This document shows, in pieces, positions 12,288 through 26,686 of a DNA stretch of 64,000 nt. The DNA is from Atractiella rhizophila. Its lineage: Eukaryota. The notes beneath the pieces are model-generated. The model was not told the origin of the DNA and made no database searches. It saw only the letters and a list, made by a program, of their open reading frames with translations. Both the position numbers and the translations under genes were made by a program. Every line of letters begins with the position of its first letter. Position 1 is the first letter of the stretch. The stretch spans positions 1-64,000 of the forward strand of contig MU271405.1 of NCBI GenBank assembly GCA_021432655.1, read 5' to 3'.

Positions 12288-15200
12288 TGGCGCAGCTGTT
12301 TCTTCGTCGTTGGAATCGACAACCTTCGCTTTGGGCTTTCCTTTCACCTTTTTAGAAGGAGGAGAATCCGCTTCAAAATCGCTATCGTCTTTAGCCTTTC
12401 GTTTCGCTGCGGCTGTAGTCGGTTTCTTGGTCAAAGCGATCTTCTTCTTTGGAGGAGGGTCTTCATTAGAATAGTCTGTCATTTGCGCCTCGGCCTCTGA
12501 ATCGTCCTTCTTGGCTTTGGCCTTTGTCTTTGCCTTCGGGGCAGACTCGTCGACCTTGTCAAGGTCCACAACCGATGGTTTCTTCCTTGGTGCAGCTTTC
12601 TTCTTCGCTACTGCCGCCTGCACTCCTTCATCCTGCAACAAGTTCAAAAAGGTTAACCCAGCCAGGTACATGAATAAAGGGCACAATTCACCTCAGCTCC
12701 TTTGGGAACCTTGGAAGGACCAGCCTCGTTGTCTGACAGGTCCCCGCTCTTTCTCTTTCTTGAAGCTGGCTTCTTGAAAGCGTCCAGCGTCGTCTGCTTC
12801 TGCTTCGCAACCACCTTTTTGGCAGTGGGCTATTCGACAATCAGCAAAGTTTGCCCAGACACGAGACTGAAACAATACCTTGTAGTCATCCTCAGAATCA
12901 TCGGAATCCAGCTTCTTCTTCCTTGCCTTCATTGCCCCAGCCCGTCCCTTCTTCTTCGTAGGACTGTTGGTTTGCTTCGATTCCCAAGCTTCGAGGCTCT
13001 CCTGATGTAAAACAACGTGATTAGCTGTAAAAAGGACCTTGACGAGGTGAACATGCCTGATATTGCACAGAGAACTCATCTAAGTCAGCGATCCAGAGGT
13101 CTTTAGGAGTCTTTGCTCTAAGAATGTTCAACTCGTCCAATTTTAGGTCGCGTTCTTTCAGGAGTTTGTCCACCTATAGCATCTATTAACACTGTGCGAA
13201 AAGGAAATAGTGCGCGACGCACTCTCTCTTTAGTCAAATTGTGCAGAGCCATGCCCAAAAGGTAATCGAAGTCGTTGATATCCCCAGCAGAGTGAAGATC
13301 TGCGGTCTCTTCCTCATCTTCGTCGTTGTCCATATCATCGGGGTTTCCCACCACCTTCATCTTCGCTTGTTTGGGAAAAGGTCTGAATTCCAGCTTGCGC
13401 AACTCGCTGACAACGTCTGCCTTCTTCCTCTTCGAAATGACGAGCTCGTCGTTAACAATCATTAAAATGAAACGGGCTTGATTTGACAGCTTCTCGTATT
13501 GAAGATTGAGATCGTCAATAAGAAAGTCCTGTTCCAAGCATTAGCTATGCCACCGATTTGTAAGGTTAATGATACCTTTCTCTTGTGATAATACTCCAGG
13601 CGAACGTCGTAAAAAGCGTCTAAAATTTCCTCGGCGGAGGAGTACTTTTTGATCTTGCCGTTAGCATCGAAACAGACCATATTACTTGTGCTGATGCTCT
13701 TCGATAGTTTGAACATCTTCTCCAAGCCTTCCTTATCCGCCATTTCTTTGCCTTTATCGGTAAGAGTGATAGTAAATCCTACAGCAGTATCCGTATGCTC
13801 GTCTTTAAAGGACTATTACTGCTGTTAGGCCCAATGCTCATCAGCATAAAGCCATACCTTGACGAGAGCTGGCTGTTTGTCTGTCGACTCCGTCATTGCA
13901 TGCAAACCCTCCTTGTAGTCAGAGATCCAGACGCCGATGGGAAGTTCAGTAATCTCGACGGTATTGTCGTCCAGTCTATTTACGATACCGGAAACTTTGT
14001 ATTTGTCGGTACCAGCTGGGTCGATAGCACCCTATGTAGAAAGTTTGGTTCAAAAGGTTGCTTAAAAGGACGCAAGTCCTACCTTGAAGCCAAGGTACCA
14101 AGGATGCATGGGCTGTATTTCCTCTCCATTAAGCTTACGCCTCAGATTTGCGACGATATCTTCCGGGTTGAAGTTGGGTATGTTTGAGCTCCAACCTTAG
14201 GACATGTCAACATATATGACACACGTCTAAAAATGCAAGACTGACCAGTTCCAATACCACTGGATCCATTGACGAGTACCATGGGGAGAACGGGAGTGTA
14301 CCATTCGGGCTCAATAGATTCACCATCGTCATCAAGATAGCTTAACACCTTGTCGTCGGCTGGGTGGAAAATGTGTCGCGTGATGGGACAGAGTCGAGTG
14401 AAGATGTAACGAGCAGAGGCAGCGTCTTTTCCTCCCTAAAAGGCATAGTTAATAAATTCATAGAAGGTAACAAAATTTTACCTGGTGCCTAGTACCAAAC
14501 ATCCCACTGGGATAGAGCAGGTTGATGTTGTTGCTTCCCACAAAATCCTGTGCCATATTGACAATAGTACCCTGCAAATTCGTCTCTCCATGATGATAAG
14601 CAGTGTGCTGAGCGATGTAACCGGAGAGTTGGGCAACCTTTGTTCAAAGTAAGCTGCCTGGTAGTCATGATATTGAAGCCGCGCGCACCTTAGCTTCTTG
14701 CTTGAGGTTTCTCTTGAAGCACGCAAACAGCACCTTCCTCTGCCCAGGCTTTAAACCGTCAACGACGGAAGGAATAGAGCGGATATTGTCCGCCATGGAG
14801 AATAGAATCAGCTCCTTGTTAATAAAGTCCTCAATAGAGATCCTGTTCGCGGTATTATCCATATACGTGCCAGGCTAAAACCCATTTAAGTCCCTCCCCT
14901 TACAATGGCAAAGAAAAGCGAACCTGGAACCCCCTTAACCACTCTTTTCTGTCATCCGCCTTCTTCTTGTTGAACGCCATATCTATGAGCGCCTTGTCGT
15001 CATCAGTGACCGGCTTGAATGGGATTCGATGTTTATCGATCGCACGAAAGTATCGCTTAGCGTCTTCGGCTTGAGAGGTTCCCAATCCTTTGTAGTACTT
15101 GATCGTCCAGCCTTTGCCATTGTTGACGGATTCTTTCCATTCTTCGTATTCAGGAATCGTGAAGAAGAACTTTTCCTGTTTGCCCTTCGTAGCCTACAGC

Positions 15201-17692
15201 ACAGTCTGTGATGCAAAGATGGCTGGGTTAGAGAAAGGAACATACGCGGACGATTGGCGTGATGAACTCCACAAGAAAGTCCTTGCACTTCAACAAACTG
15301 GGATAAAAGTGAGCCAAAAAGTTAATGATCAATCCTTTGATGTGACTTCCGTCGTGATCCTATTCGACTGTCAGATATAGTCTCCTAGAGAGGAAGACAA
15401 ACCTGATCCGTCATGATCATTATACTTCCATACCTCAACTTATCGACCGAATCGTACTTCTCTCCGTGTTTGAGACCCATGATTTGCTTGATGGCTTTGA
15501 TCTCCGCGTTCTCAGACAGCTGCTTTGCGGACGCTTCTCGAACGTTAAGAAGTTTACCACGGAGGGGGAAGACGCCGTAGTTGTCGCGTCCGACGACTGA
15601 CATTCCAGCAATGGCAAGACCCTTTGCAGAATCTCCTTCAGTGAGAATAAGAGTGCATTCTCTGGAGTGTCGACCACCAGCGTTGTTTGCGTCGTCAAGT
15701 TTGGCGATTCCAGTCAATCTGCCGGAGTGTCAGTGTTGAAACTCGAGATGAAGGAGAGAGAAGAACCTTCCACCAAACTTCTTCCCATCCGTCTTTTTGA
15801 GGTTCTTGTCTAGCTTATGCCTTGCCCAATCGAGGACATTCTCCACCACTCCCGACTTGACGACTACACACACGATTAATCAACGTTGCGGATATCAGTA
15901 GACTATTATGCACCTTTCTTCATAAAGTCCTCTGTCAGCTCGCACTTGCTTCCAAACTTCTTTTGCCCAAGCGTCATGTTTTCTTTCGTCTGAGAATCGA
16001 AAGCTGGATTCTCGATAAGACAATTGACGAAGACCCAGAGATGATTCTTGATCTGGAACCCCTTAACGGCTGCTCCTCCCTTATTCTTCTTCTGGACAAT
16101 CTTATCTATCTCTGCAACAAGCTGGGAGGAGACATGATCGATGTGCGTGCCACCTTTGGTCGTAGCGATGGAGTTAACGAACGAAACTTGCTGGAACTGG
16201 CCCTCGGAAAGGTAGACAGCGACCTCCCATCGTTCGCCGAAGCGACCATGAATGAGGTCAAGCTTCCGTTCCACCTCGTTGATCTCCCGAACTGTAGGTC
16301 CAGCCCAGCCAGTAATCAGGTTCTTGCCGTTCACATAGAGCTCGCAATAGTCCTTGAAGGATTTCATGGGGATTCGCTTGCCGTTCAAATGGACTTTTAC
16401 GCCTTTGCAAACGCCGGCAAGATCGTAGACCCTTCGCGTAAGGAGAGCGACCATGTCCGGCGTGATTTCATCGAGACTATAGCAGTCCAAGATCAATCTG
16501 TCGATCCTTACATCGACGACTAGACGATGAAAGACATACCCAAATCTTTTGAGATCAGGTTTAAACGTGATCTTCGTAAACTCCTCCCCTTTCTTCGTAT
16601 CCTTAATCTTCGCCTTTCCGACCTTGTCCATATTATCCTTCCAAGTCTGAGTGTACATCTTCTCTCTCTCCTTATCCGCCGTCTGAACTGTGAACTCAGT
16701 GGAATAGATGTTCGCCAGTTTCGCGCCATAACCGTTCCTTCCACCCGTGACTTTCTTCTCGTCGTCGTTGTAATTGGAAGAAGTAAGGAGATGCCCAAAA
16801 ATAAGCTCAGGGATGTAGATCTTCTCCTTTTCGTGAATCTTGATTGGAATTCCGCGACCGTTGTTGTACACGCTGATTTCTTCCTCTGATATTTCGACTT
16901 TGATCGTGTCCATGGTGGGGTCCCTTTGCTGCAAAAATTGCTTTAGGCATCTCGATTGGTGGACAGGAAGGAATACCGACTTTGTTATCTGCTGCGTTGA
17001 CGAGGATTTCATCCACAATCTTGAAAAGACCTGGAACAAACGTGATGTTCCTTTCACATCCCACAATCAACACCGTGAAAGGGAAAATAGTGAAGAAAGC
17101 ACACCGATAGACCATCTTCTTACTCTCATCATCGAATACCCACATTGGCTGAGTATGTGCCTCAATGCTTCCAATGTACGTGTCAGGCCTTTTTAAGACG
17201 TGTTCAAGTTGCGTGAGCTATGCGCCATACCATAGAACGTAATATGCGTCATCCCACTACGACCGTCCTTCATCTGAAGAGAAACGCACCTTCTCGTACT
17301 CATCACCACCTTTCTTTGCCGCAGCCGGTTTCGCCGGTTTCGCTTTCACAGAAGAAGAGGTACTAGCTTCTGGCTGATCCTCATCGCCATCCTATTCACG
17401 CCCGACCAACAAAACTTCAACCTCAACATCCACAACAGCAAGCTGGACGTAGAAACGTACTTCGATGTTCTCGTCTTTGTCCTTTAAAGCTGCCTTCTTC
17501 GTAGTTGCCTTCTTCGCTGGTGCCTTCGGTTTAGCCTGCCCATCGCATCCAATCAAAGCAAGACAGAGTCAGGCCTTGTCTCCTTAAAGTAAAGATACGC
17601 ACAGGAGCTTTCTTCTTCGCTTTACTCGCGCCATATTCTTCGTCTGAGTCGGAGTGCAGCGAATAATCGGACATGTCCTCTGAGTCTGACAT
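12171..17692 (-). CDS. TOP2: DNA topoisomerase II, multi-exon
   Basis: [73 protein letters not shown], catalytic [22 protein letters not shown], Lys/Asp-rich termini. Confidence 0.98.
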
Positions 17693-17772
17693 GTTGGGCT
17701 CTAGGAGACTTGGTAAAGTGGGAGGGTGAAGGGAAGTGGATTGTTGTTCGTCGTAGAGTTGAACCGAAGAGG

Positions 17773-17778
17773 ACGCGT
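17773..17778. promoter_or_regulatory. Possible MCB element (ACGCGT) ~80 bp upstream of the TOP2 start codon
   Basis: Exact MluI-box hexamer in the TOP2 promoter. MCB elements are typical of fungal S-phase genes, but a single hexamer can occur by chance. Confidence 0.35.
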
Positions 17779-18355
17779 CGTGTCCTCCTCAACAGGCATT
17801 AAATCACGTGATCCTTTGTCACGACATTGAATGTGACAGCTGCCATGGAGCCTTTGGCTACAGGTCTCATATGTGATATATGTCAGGTGTGTGGTTCTGC
17901 ACTCCCTCCTATGGTTGAAGGAATGCTATTCCCTGGCTGCTTAATTCGATGGTCATAAGCCCAGCGTCAGTCACCATGTTCAGTGGACCAAATGACCAAC
18001 AGCACAATACGGCATTTGCGAATGGATAATTTCATCCCATTCATGAGAAGCCCATCCGAAGTTGATCAGAGCCCTTGTGCTCACGATCGTACAGAAATAA
18101 CAGAAAGATGAAGCGTATGCTTACATGAACTCTACCATCATTCGTAATTCCCACCACTTCTTTTTTAATAATTCCCGCGCAATTACCCGTAGTCAACAGA
18201 TTGCATGGGAACAGCGGATCTGCGGGTCGTGGGCCATTGAAATCCATCCACTACTTATCTCTCACCTTGTCCCACCTACAGAGCAGCAGACTCCGGTCCA
18301 AAAACTCCATGCTGAGCGCTGAACGTTGAACTCTCACCAGTGACAGTCACCGTCC

Positions 18356-21139
18356 ATGGACTCATCAGCATCGTCATCTACATCCCCCCAATCAGCCCCC
18401 AAACCAAGAAGCTGCGATAGTTGCCGGTGCGTCGCGTCCCTCATCCCATCATGAACCTCTCCAGATTTGACCATGAGTCGGTAGCCTACGCAGAGTCGTA
18501 CGTCTCCTGTATTCTTTCAACAGCGCTCGCGTTGAACTTGTGCAAAGAAATGCGTCCGCGAACCCTTTACCAATGAAAATTGTAAACAATGTCAGAAGAA
18601 GGGAATAAGGTGTGCTCTCGGAGGAGATGTCCACTTTGTTAATGATGGTTCCCCCAATGTTCTCACCAGATGCACAATCCTTCAGGAGCCAAATCCTCGT
18701 CGTAAAATGGTGCGTTGATTCCTCTTCAACCACTCATGATCCTAATGAGTTGGGACCAAGAATCCGGATGGTGCGATTATTGCGAAAGCGCGGTGGGCTG
18801 TCGCTCCTCTCGTTGAAAACCGTCTTATAACTTCGATCAAGGGCAACATTTGGAAAAGTTGGATCTGAACAACAAAGGACTGGCCACTTTGAACGAGGTG
18901 TCAAATATTTCAATGCCCTTCCGAGCTCCCCAAATTCCAGGCTTGGAGATTTGGAGATAGAGAGTACCCTCGCTCTCCAATTAATGGAATGTGCGTTTCC
19001 TCTTGCTTCAGTTGCAGCTCCCTCTCACTATCTGGACAGTATTTTTCAGCAATGTAAGTCCCGCACGTCTAGTCATCAAGAAGTTGACAATGCCCCAACG
19101 AAGGGTTGGGTGCAATTACATCCAATCGAAGTAAGCAATCCTTACTCAAATCTGAGTAGTGAAATGTGATATGTGAACAAAAGTGGCACGACTTCCGAGC
19201 CAGGTTTGTGGCCGCGGGAAGAAGACCAGATCAAATGGCAGAACAGGAAGAGGTACCTCTCAAGTTTTTGCATGTGGGAAGAAGATCTGATGAGTAATAG
19301 GTTCTTTGTGCCTTTCTATTGGCAAAAGGAGCCAGCCTCTCCGATCATCCTCTTCTTCTCGGAGGGCACACAGCTGGCACTTCCGCTCAATTTAACGCTT
19401 TAGACAATGAGGATGCGTTAGCTGCGTATTCTGAAGTAGGGAACTTGAGACAGAGTAGGCAAGTTACCAACTACCGCCTTTACTGATCATTCATTTGGAT
19501 AGCCATTAACCGAAAACTATTTGCACGAGCCGTGGCCATGGCGGATGCCAAAGGCACCATGAGAAGCCCTTGCCCAGAAAGCATCGCCAGCCTCTTGCTC
19601 CTCTATAGAGGCTTACCGTGTAACATTCCTCAGTGTTGTTTGCACCTGGACTGATGCAGGATATAGATGAGGACCGGTTAGTTCAAGGACGCATTTACAC
19701 CAGAACAATATCGGAACACATTCGAATTCTCGATGAGCAGAATGAGGCCATATCGAAGGATGTGAAGGTACTCTTTCGGTTTTGTCCCTGCTTTCTCTGA
19801 TCCTAACATCTGGGACATAGACAAAAGATGATTTCCTATCACATCGAGCTTGGAATGCTTGGCTTTTAGATTGTCTCATGGTGGCAAGAACTGGCATCCG
19901 ACCTAGTTTGTGATTCTTTTCTTGCTACGGTTTTTCCGTGCTGAGAACGCCCAGTGATGAAGAGGACATGCCCAGGCTCTCTCCTAACACTACGTTGCCC
20001 TTCATGGACCTCGTCCGCCGACTTACAACAACTTCGGTTGGATTCCCAACCATCAGAGGTTATGAAGTAGAATGTAAGTTCTCCAAAGAGAGCCAATACT
20101 ATATTGAAATGGCTGCAGATTTCTGGACCTGCATCACTCCTTTCTTAAGGGAAATTGGTAGTATGTCGATGCCTGAGGGAGACGCCTCTGACCAAGCAAC
20201 TATAACTAGCCATTGGCCTACGGATAGGAGAATTCCAATCTGCAAAGGCCCGCCGACTCCCTTTTCAGGACGATAAATTTATGGAAATAATCTCCTCAAT
20301 TTACTTCCTCCAACTCTCTCTTCCATATCTTGAACCAGCTCTACTCAAGCTCGAACGTGAATTCCTCACTGTGTTCCCAACCAATGCCCTTTATTTTGTT
20401 TCACTCATCTCTATTGCTTGGTCCAACGAAGTTTGCCTTCTTGAGAGCATCATTCAGCAAAGAGAAGGGGATTGTGTCCCCGACGTTAGGAAGGCTGCGA
20501 AACTGGATCGAGTGGCGCCATTAGTGAATGGGCTACTGATAAATGCTGCCAGGACCATTGCCTACGTATTTCATGTGAGCCATTTCTATGTCAAGCTATA
20601 TTGAGTGGCTCTGACCTTGCTCTGTAGAGGCTACGAAAACTTGGCAAAAAGCTGGCTTCCTTTTCATCACTCACGGTTATGGCCCCTCAACTTCCTATGC
20701 TTGCGTACTCGTTGGTCCACTATGAAATCAAATCGATGCAGGCGAAAGTGCAGGAGGCGTTGCCATTTCTCCCAGGTCTGACCGATCATCCGCCGCCAGA
20801 AACTGCTCAATGTACATTGGAACGAAAAGTGCTGGAGATTACTTGGTGTGCCTTGCTTTGATAGTGTGTTCGCCATTGACATGCCAAGACAGGCTGATGG
20901 AAGGCATAACGAGCTTGAGCTACCTCCATGCGGATAGCGCGCTCAACGACACGTTCAAGTACTTACTTGTTGCGCGGCAGCATCTCATGGGAGGGGCATG
21001 CGGATCTGGGAACAATGAGTTCGAGAAGACTTCGAGCGCAGAAGATTCCCCTTCGCCTTCCACAAGCGACTCAGTGGACAATATTCATCTGTTTAGAGAC
21101 ACATTGGGTAGCAACTTCTTTCAAGCAAGTTCCACCTGA
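18356..21139 (+). CDS. Zn(II)2Cys6 fungal transcription factor, many exons
   Basis: MDSSASSSTSPQSAPKPRSCDSCR, then after an intron KKCVREPFTNENCKQCQKKGIR(C), forming a binuclear cluster. Downstream ORF fragments are separated by short introns. 3' end approximate. Confidence 0.75.
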
Positions 21140-21353
21140 CTAGCTGTCACAAGATCACAACGTTCTCGAGAATTCATATGTTGTGTACACAGGTTTACTC
21201 CTGTCGTGTTATCGTTATCTTGTTAGTCTGAATTCGCGACCAGCTCTGTGGCTCTCGCACGGGGACCAGATATTATGTCGAATGCTTTGTGTCATTTAGT
21301 TTTTATGTCTCCGGGAATCTGACATTTGTTTTACTATTCCTAAAAAGGTATCA

Positions 21354-23529
21354 TCAGGAAGCTCGAAAAAGGTCAGCGATTAAAGTGGTCGCTTCTTTCC
21401 TGAAATCATCACTAATAGGAGCAGTGCCATTCACAGCAGTGAACTGGATATCCTGGCCTGTGGCGTAAGGAGGCCACGTTGGCACTGTCACCACAGTCAG
21501 CGAGCCGTTCATTGAGGATATGCAGGGCATATAAAAAGCTTACCTGTCTTTCCGTTGGGGTCTTTTCCGTTAATGAAGTTAACCTTTGAAGAAAGGTAAG
21601 TTGCCACCACAGTTTGTAGAAGAAATGTACCCAATAATCGATAAATTCGTTTTGCAGCCTCAGGAAAGCTGCAGGGTCAGAAGCGGTCCCATCCGTGGGC
21701 CAGGTAGCGAAGGGCCAGTGGAGTTCACTTGAATGGTAAGCTGGAGTTGAACACAAGAAACTTCAGCCTTGCTCTGTGCTCATATTTTAGGAAGAAACAT
21801 ACCTCCGACAAGCTCGCCAATGGGGCCAGGCGGTGGTTGGCTGAAGAGGTATGAAAAGACGGGCTGGGTCTGAACGAAGTGGGAGGTCAGGAAACGGGTA
21901 GACGCGAGGAAGGTGCTGTCCCCATTGAAGTAGCCAACCTTCGTTATCAGGTCACAAAGGATTAGCACCAATTTATTGCTGTAATGAGATGGAACTGACC
22001 ATTGTCGTGTAGCTCGCACCCTGCAAACTCGCATCGTTCTCATAAGCCGCTACAATCTCTTCTGCTTTCGCAGTAGTGACATTCAGCGAGAGCTGGACAG
22101 CGGCGACAAAAGTGTCATGGGTATAGGTTCCGGTAGCAAACCTGCAGTATGTATACTGTAAGTAACAAAGTTAATGGATGAAATAGCTGAATCGTACCCT
22201 TCGTTCTTATTCGTCCCCTGAATCAGTGGCACCATGTTGTACCGCTTCCCCTCCACTCTTGCTCTTGGGAACTCGGTCACATAGTTTCCAGCAACAACAG
22301 GAGTATAACCAGCGAAGCCGCCTTGGATCACTTGCTGTGATTGTGCAAGGAGTTGGGCAAACGGTAAAGCGTCCAAACAGTCGTAGGCTGCTTGAGGCGT
22401 TGTTGAAGCCTGAGTTCCGCACCCCGTGTAGTTAGCGAGTGTCCAGAAAGGCGTGTTGGACGGAGCATTGAATCCACTGCCAGAAAGAGGAGTTGAATGA
22501 TACCCTGAAAGATGAAATAAGAAGACGTACCGAAGAATGTACCCGCTGTCGATTGCTCCGGCTCTAAACAAACCTGAAGGTCCATAAAGAACATGTGTCT
22601 CTACGCTACCTCCTCCAGCACTCTCTCCCCAAATAGTCTGTCGTGCCATTTCAGCAAATGATGGTAAAACAGCAGAAGTACACACAATCTGGTTCGGGTC
22701 GCCACCGAACGCCAGAACGTTGGCTTTAATCCACTTGAGGGCTTGCAGCTGATCTGTGAGCCCAAGATTGTAATCTTGAGGTTTAGTGACCTCGCTGTGT
22801 TGGAGGAAACCAAAAGCACTAGGGGTGACATGAACTGGACGTAAATGGCGAAGAAATTTGGACGGACTTGAGGCGATAGTTCATCGCCACGTAGATAACA
22901 GGCTCTCCAATCGCCATCGATCGCGTCACAATAGCAGTAGGGTCATATTGACTGGCAGCTCCGTCTGTGAAACCACCTCCGTAGCTATCCACGCAATGAG
23001 TTCAGTTTAAACAGAACTGGTGGAGTGGCGCACATCCAAACGAGAACAGGCAGAGGCTTGAGTCCAATGTTGGCAGGTCGAACAACGTTGAGGTAGAGGC
23101 AATCCTCTGAAACGGTGCCGTTATAGTTTGTGCCATAGCTGCTCCCTTGTTGCGTTTGAGGGCAGACGGGTCCCCAGTTTTTTGCATCCTGGACTTTGAG
23201 GTTGGTCGACAAGCCAAGCGGTTTTGATGCCTTGAATCTGTCCGGAGGGGTTTGAGCGTAAGGTATGCCTTATGGGTGAATATTCTCAATGATGAACAAA
23301 GAATGAGACGCGAGAAGGCAGACCTAAAAACCAATCGGTATTCGAGGTCGTATTTGTAAAGCCTTCATAGATGCCAGACCAAGTGGTAGCACTTCTCTAC
23401 TGTCAACATCCTTCGAGGACAAAGTACAAGGAAGGCTCACATCGGCTTCCTGGTAGTGGTAGCTGGTGCAGCATACACATGCTGAGCCAACTGAAAGCCC
23501 AAGAATGCTATGGAAGCAAGCACAACCAT
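21354..23529 (-). CDS. Secreted type-B carboxylesterase/lipase (alpha/beta hydrolase), multi-exon
   Basis: Signal peptide MVVLASIAFLGFQLAQHVYA, WGPVCPQ, SEDCLYLNVVRP, PVLVW..YGGGF, nucleophile elbow WGESAGGGSV, AYHSSEL. Confidence 0.92.
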
Positions 23530-24436
23530 GACTTTCGACGCGTGGGAGAGCCTCTTCAGGTAAGTATGGGACCTCGCCTGGCCATCTTCCTCCTGGGTAG
23601 AGCTCGTTTTATAGGCATCACGACTCCCTCTCAGCGCCATCTCGCATTCGTTCGGGCTCGTGCTTCCCCTCACCAAAGCCCCATATGGCCAAAAGGGAAT
23701 TGCAATTTTTGGATCCGAGTCTCGAGTGGTAAAACGCCTAGTTCCACTGTCGTCAGTTAATGGAAGGGTGGTACATGTATGGCAACTGCTGTCACTTGCA
23801 CCAAGCAGCATGAGAAGTCCACGATGTTGTCAACGGACCTGTGTTTCGGAAAAATGTTTCTTGAGCACTCGTAGGAAGTGTGTTGGCACCTTCTAACAAC
23901 TCAGCAAAAGCTGTATAACCGAAACCACCAAGCTGAATGTCAACTGGCTTTGTGGGATGTGGGACACTGATAATCAGGCAATCGATTGACGGCACAACGC
24001 AAGTATCCAAGATTCATATCCCGAAATCCATTTTACGCGTTGTACACGTGGTAAAATGACATCCAATGATATCGTAACAAACTCATCAACATGAGGGAGA
24101 AGGAGCCCAAGGACAGAGGTACTACGAAATCTAGAGTTGGTATCGCACTAAAAGACTGACTATGGTATGTTGTATCTGGATCTTTGGGGAAAGAGTGAGA
24201 GATGACACTGAGAACGAGGACAGCCGATAAATTTATAATTTTGATGAACCTGAAGACCAGAAAGAGAAATCAACGAACTATACAGGGATTGATGTGACTT
24301 TTGTAACTTTTGAGAGAGCAAGAGGGAAAGAGACGAAGTGCGGAAGTGTGATAAAACCGACAAAAATCGTGTTTTGATATTCTGTCGACGAGATGGAAAC
24401 TGTTCTTGATGTTGTATCACGGTCGGTCCCAGGGGA

Positions 24437-26303
24437 TCAGTGACCCGAAGTCCTCTTTTTCTTCTTCTTGGTGTCTCCGCTCCTTGCCGTTGCAATGAGT
24501 GAGTCTCCAAGCTTCCAGAGCATAATGACGAGGGCAAGGATGATAGAGGGAACGAGAATGAGCATGGGGGGCCTTGGCGGAGAGCTCTTCTCCTCCTGGT
24601 ACTCTTCCTCCGGAGTACGACTCCTGCTATTATTGGCTCGACGACTGTCATACTGATCGTCTGTGATCTTCGTCTCCCCAGTCGATCTTCTCGACGTTGA
24701 AGATGAGGAGGCTGGAATAAAAGAGAATGTTCTTCTTCCGAACCCTTCTACGCCAAGCCAAGCCTTTCCTTTCTCCCAGATACCCTCCACTGCCTTCCCT
24801 ATGAATCTAATCTTCTCTCCAACACCACCAGCGAGCAAACTGGTCTCCGTCTTCGCCTTCCCACCCCCGAAGACCCGTTTGAAATCGTCCCACACGGTCA
24901 AGCCATAGCTACCAAGGACAACACCGACGATGGCAAGGGCAGTGAGCAAGGATAGAATGAAAAGACAGACGACGGAGGTCATCGACAGGAGAGAAGAGCG
25001 CGCGACGGCTAGTGAAACAGGTCCGTACTTCGAGATGGTGGAAGAGAGGGAACTGGCGTCAGACGTATTTTGAGGAGAAGGGGCGCGTCGACGGGGGTGA
25101 CCATAAGGATAACTGGGACTGGACGGTGACATATTCTCCATTGTGAAGAGGCTACTCGCCCTGCTTCTTGAGTCCGATGTCGGACCACTGTTTGTTCTCG
25201 TCCTCTCTCTCATCCCGTTCCCATTCGCAAACAGAAATGGAGTTGGGGTGGACTTGAACCTGCCATTAGACCTCGGGAACGCAGATCCATATGCTGGTCG
25301 TCCGAAGAGAGAGTCATCGTCCATGTCGTCCTCCGAGCTTCTCATCTGCGTTCCATCCCACTCCTCCATAGTCCCAGCATTGCCTCTGAGCACATAATCC
25401 TTCATTCTATCAGACGTCGCCCCGCCTCCTCCTGCATGGATAGGTGTCGAAGACCCTGACTTTGACGGTCGCCAGAACCTGCCACCCAAATCTGCCACAC
25501 CTCCGCGCGCATGAGCACCAGAGTTGGTCCTTATATGGTTCCTCAGATTCCTGCTGTTGTATCCCGATGGGATTGCAGTTCTCAAACCGGAAGGACGGAG
25601 GAATTCAGATTTTGTATATCGTCGTGGGTAGGTGTGCGCAAAGGTTCGTGAGTTGGCGGTAGTGTTTTTGCGAGTCACCTCCCTCTCTTCTTCCGAGGAA
25701 GAGGAGGTCGAGAGGTAGGAGGAAGCGCTGTTCGTTGATTTGCGCTTCGGTTTTCCGTTCGTGGAGGGTAAAGGTAGGTTTGTGCGAGAGAGAGCGGGAG
25801 ACGGGGGGTTGGAAAGGTGTACTGTCCTTTTCGTGGTACTCGTCGTCTTCGTATAAATGCCCGTTGTTTTCCAACTTTTGGCGCCTATAGAAGAGGAAGC
25901 GCGGACTGTATAAGAACTGGGAGCGTTGGATGAAGACGACGAGAGTACGTTTGGGGTCGACATCGTTCGAGTCCACGGCGGAGGGGATTCTAATTGATTC
26001 CTTCCATTCCTCTTCGATGAAGAGGGGAACGCCACACGTTCCTTCTCCACGCCGGGATCCTTCAATGGATGCGGATCTAGTCGCTCCGGTGAATCGAAGC
26101 TATTCGAGGGACTGAGAGCAAATGAGGAAACACTCTCGCTCAATGGTGGAGAACTGAGAAATTCATCTTGGGCGGTGCCGCTGGCTGCGGAGGAGCTCTG
26201 AGAAGAATGGCCGTGAGATTCGAGAGACATGATGGTCCCGTTTTCTGATGAATGCATGATTTGAGAGTCTCGTTTCACTACTACATCCTTCACTCTTACC
26301 CAT
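24437..26303 (-). CDS. Ser-rich hypothetical protein with two C-terminal hydrophobic segments
   Basis: 618-codon uninterrupted ORF, low complexity, TM-like VVCLFILSLLTALAIVGVVLGSYG and MLILVPSIILALVIMLW. True start uncertain. Confidence 0.75.
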
Positions 26304-26686
26304 GAGATATCTGACTATAAGAAGCACGCACCTCTGGGATAGTTGTACAAAACTGCATCCGCGTCTCTTTCCATTGCGATGGATAAGATAAGATAAACCG
26401 TCACAAACACAATTTGTGGATCCTTCATGGGCGGTGCCGCTGGCTGCGGAGGAGCTCTGAGAAGAATGGCCCTGAGATTCGAGAGACATGATGGTCCCGT
26501 TTTCTGATGAATGCATGATTTGAGAGTCTCGTTTCGCTACTACATCCTTCACTCTTACCCATGAGACATCTGACTATAAGAAGCACGCACCTCTGGGATA
26601 GTTGTACAAAACTGCATCCGCATCTCTCTCCATTGCGATGGATAAGATAAGATAAACCGTCACAAACACAATTTGTGGATCCTTCT
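26169..26686. repeat. Tandem duplication of ~258 bp (26169-26426 / 26428-26686) covering the 5' end of the Ser-rich gene
   Basis: Near-identical copies with a few SNPs. A single extra 'a' sits at 26427. Confidence 0.95.

Noticed and set aside
15963..16889. Antisense ORFs over TOP2 (and similar ones over Psr1 and RanBP9)
   Set aside because: Shadow ORFs arising from codon bias of the sense gene.
18356..23529. Secondary-metabolite cluster (Zn2Cys6 TF plus esterase)
   Set aside because: No PKS, NRPS or terpene synthase backbone in the window, and the neighbours are housekeeping genes.
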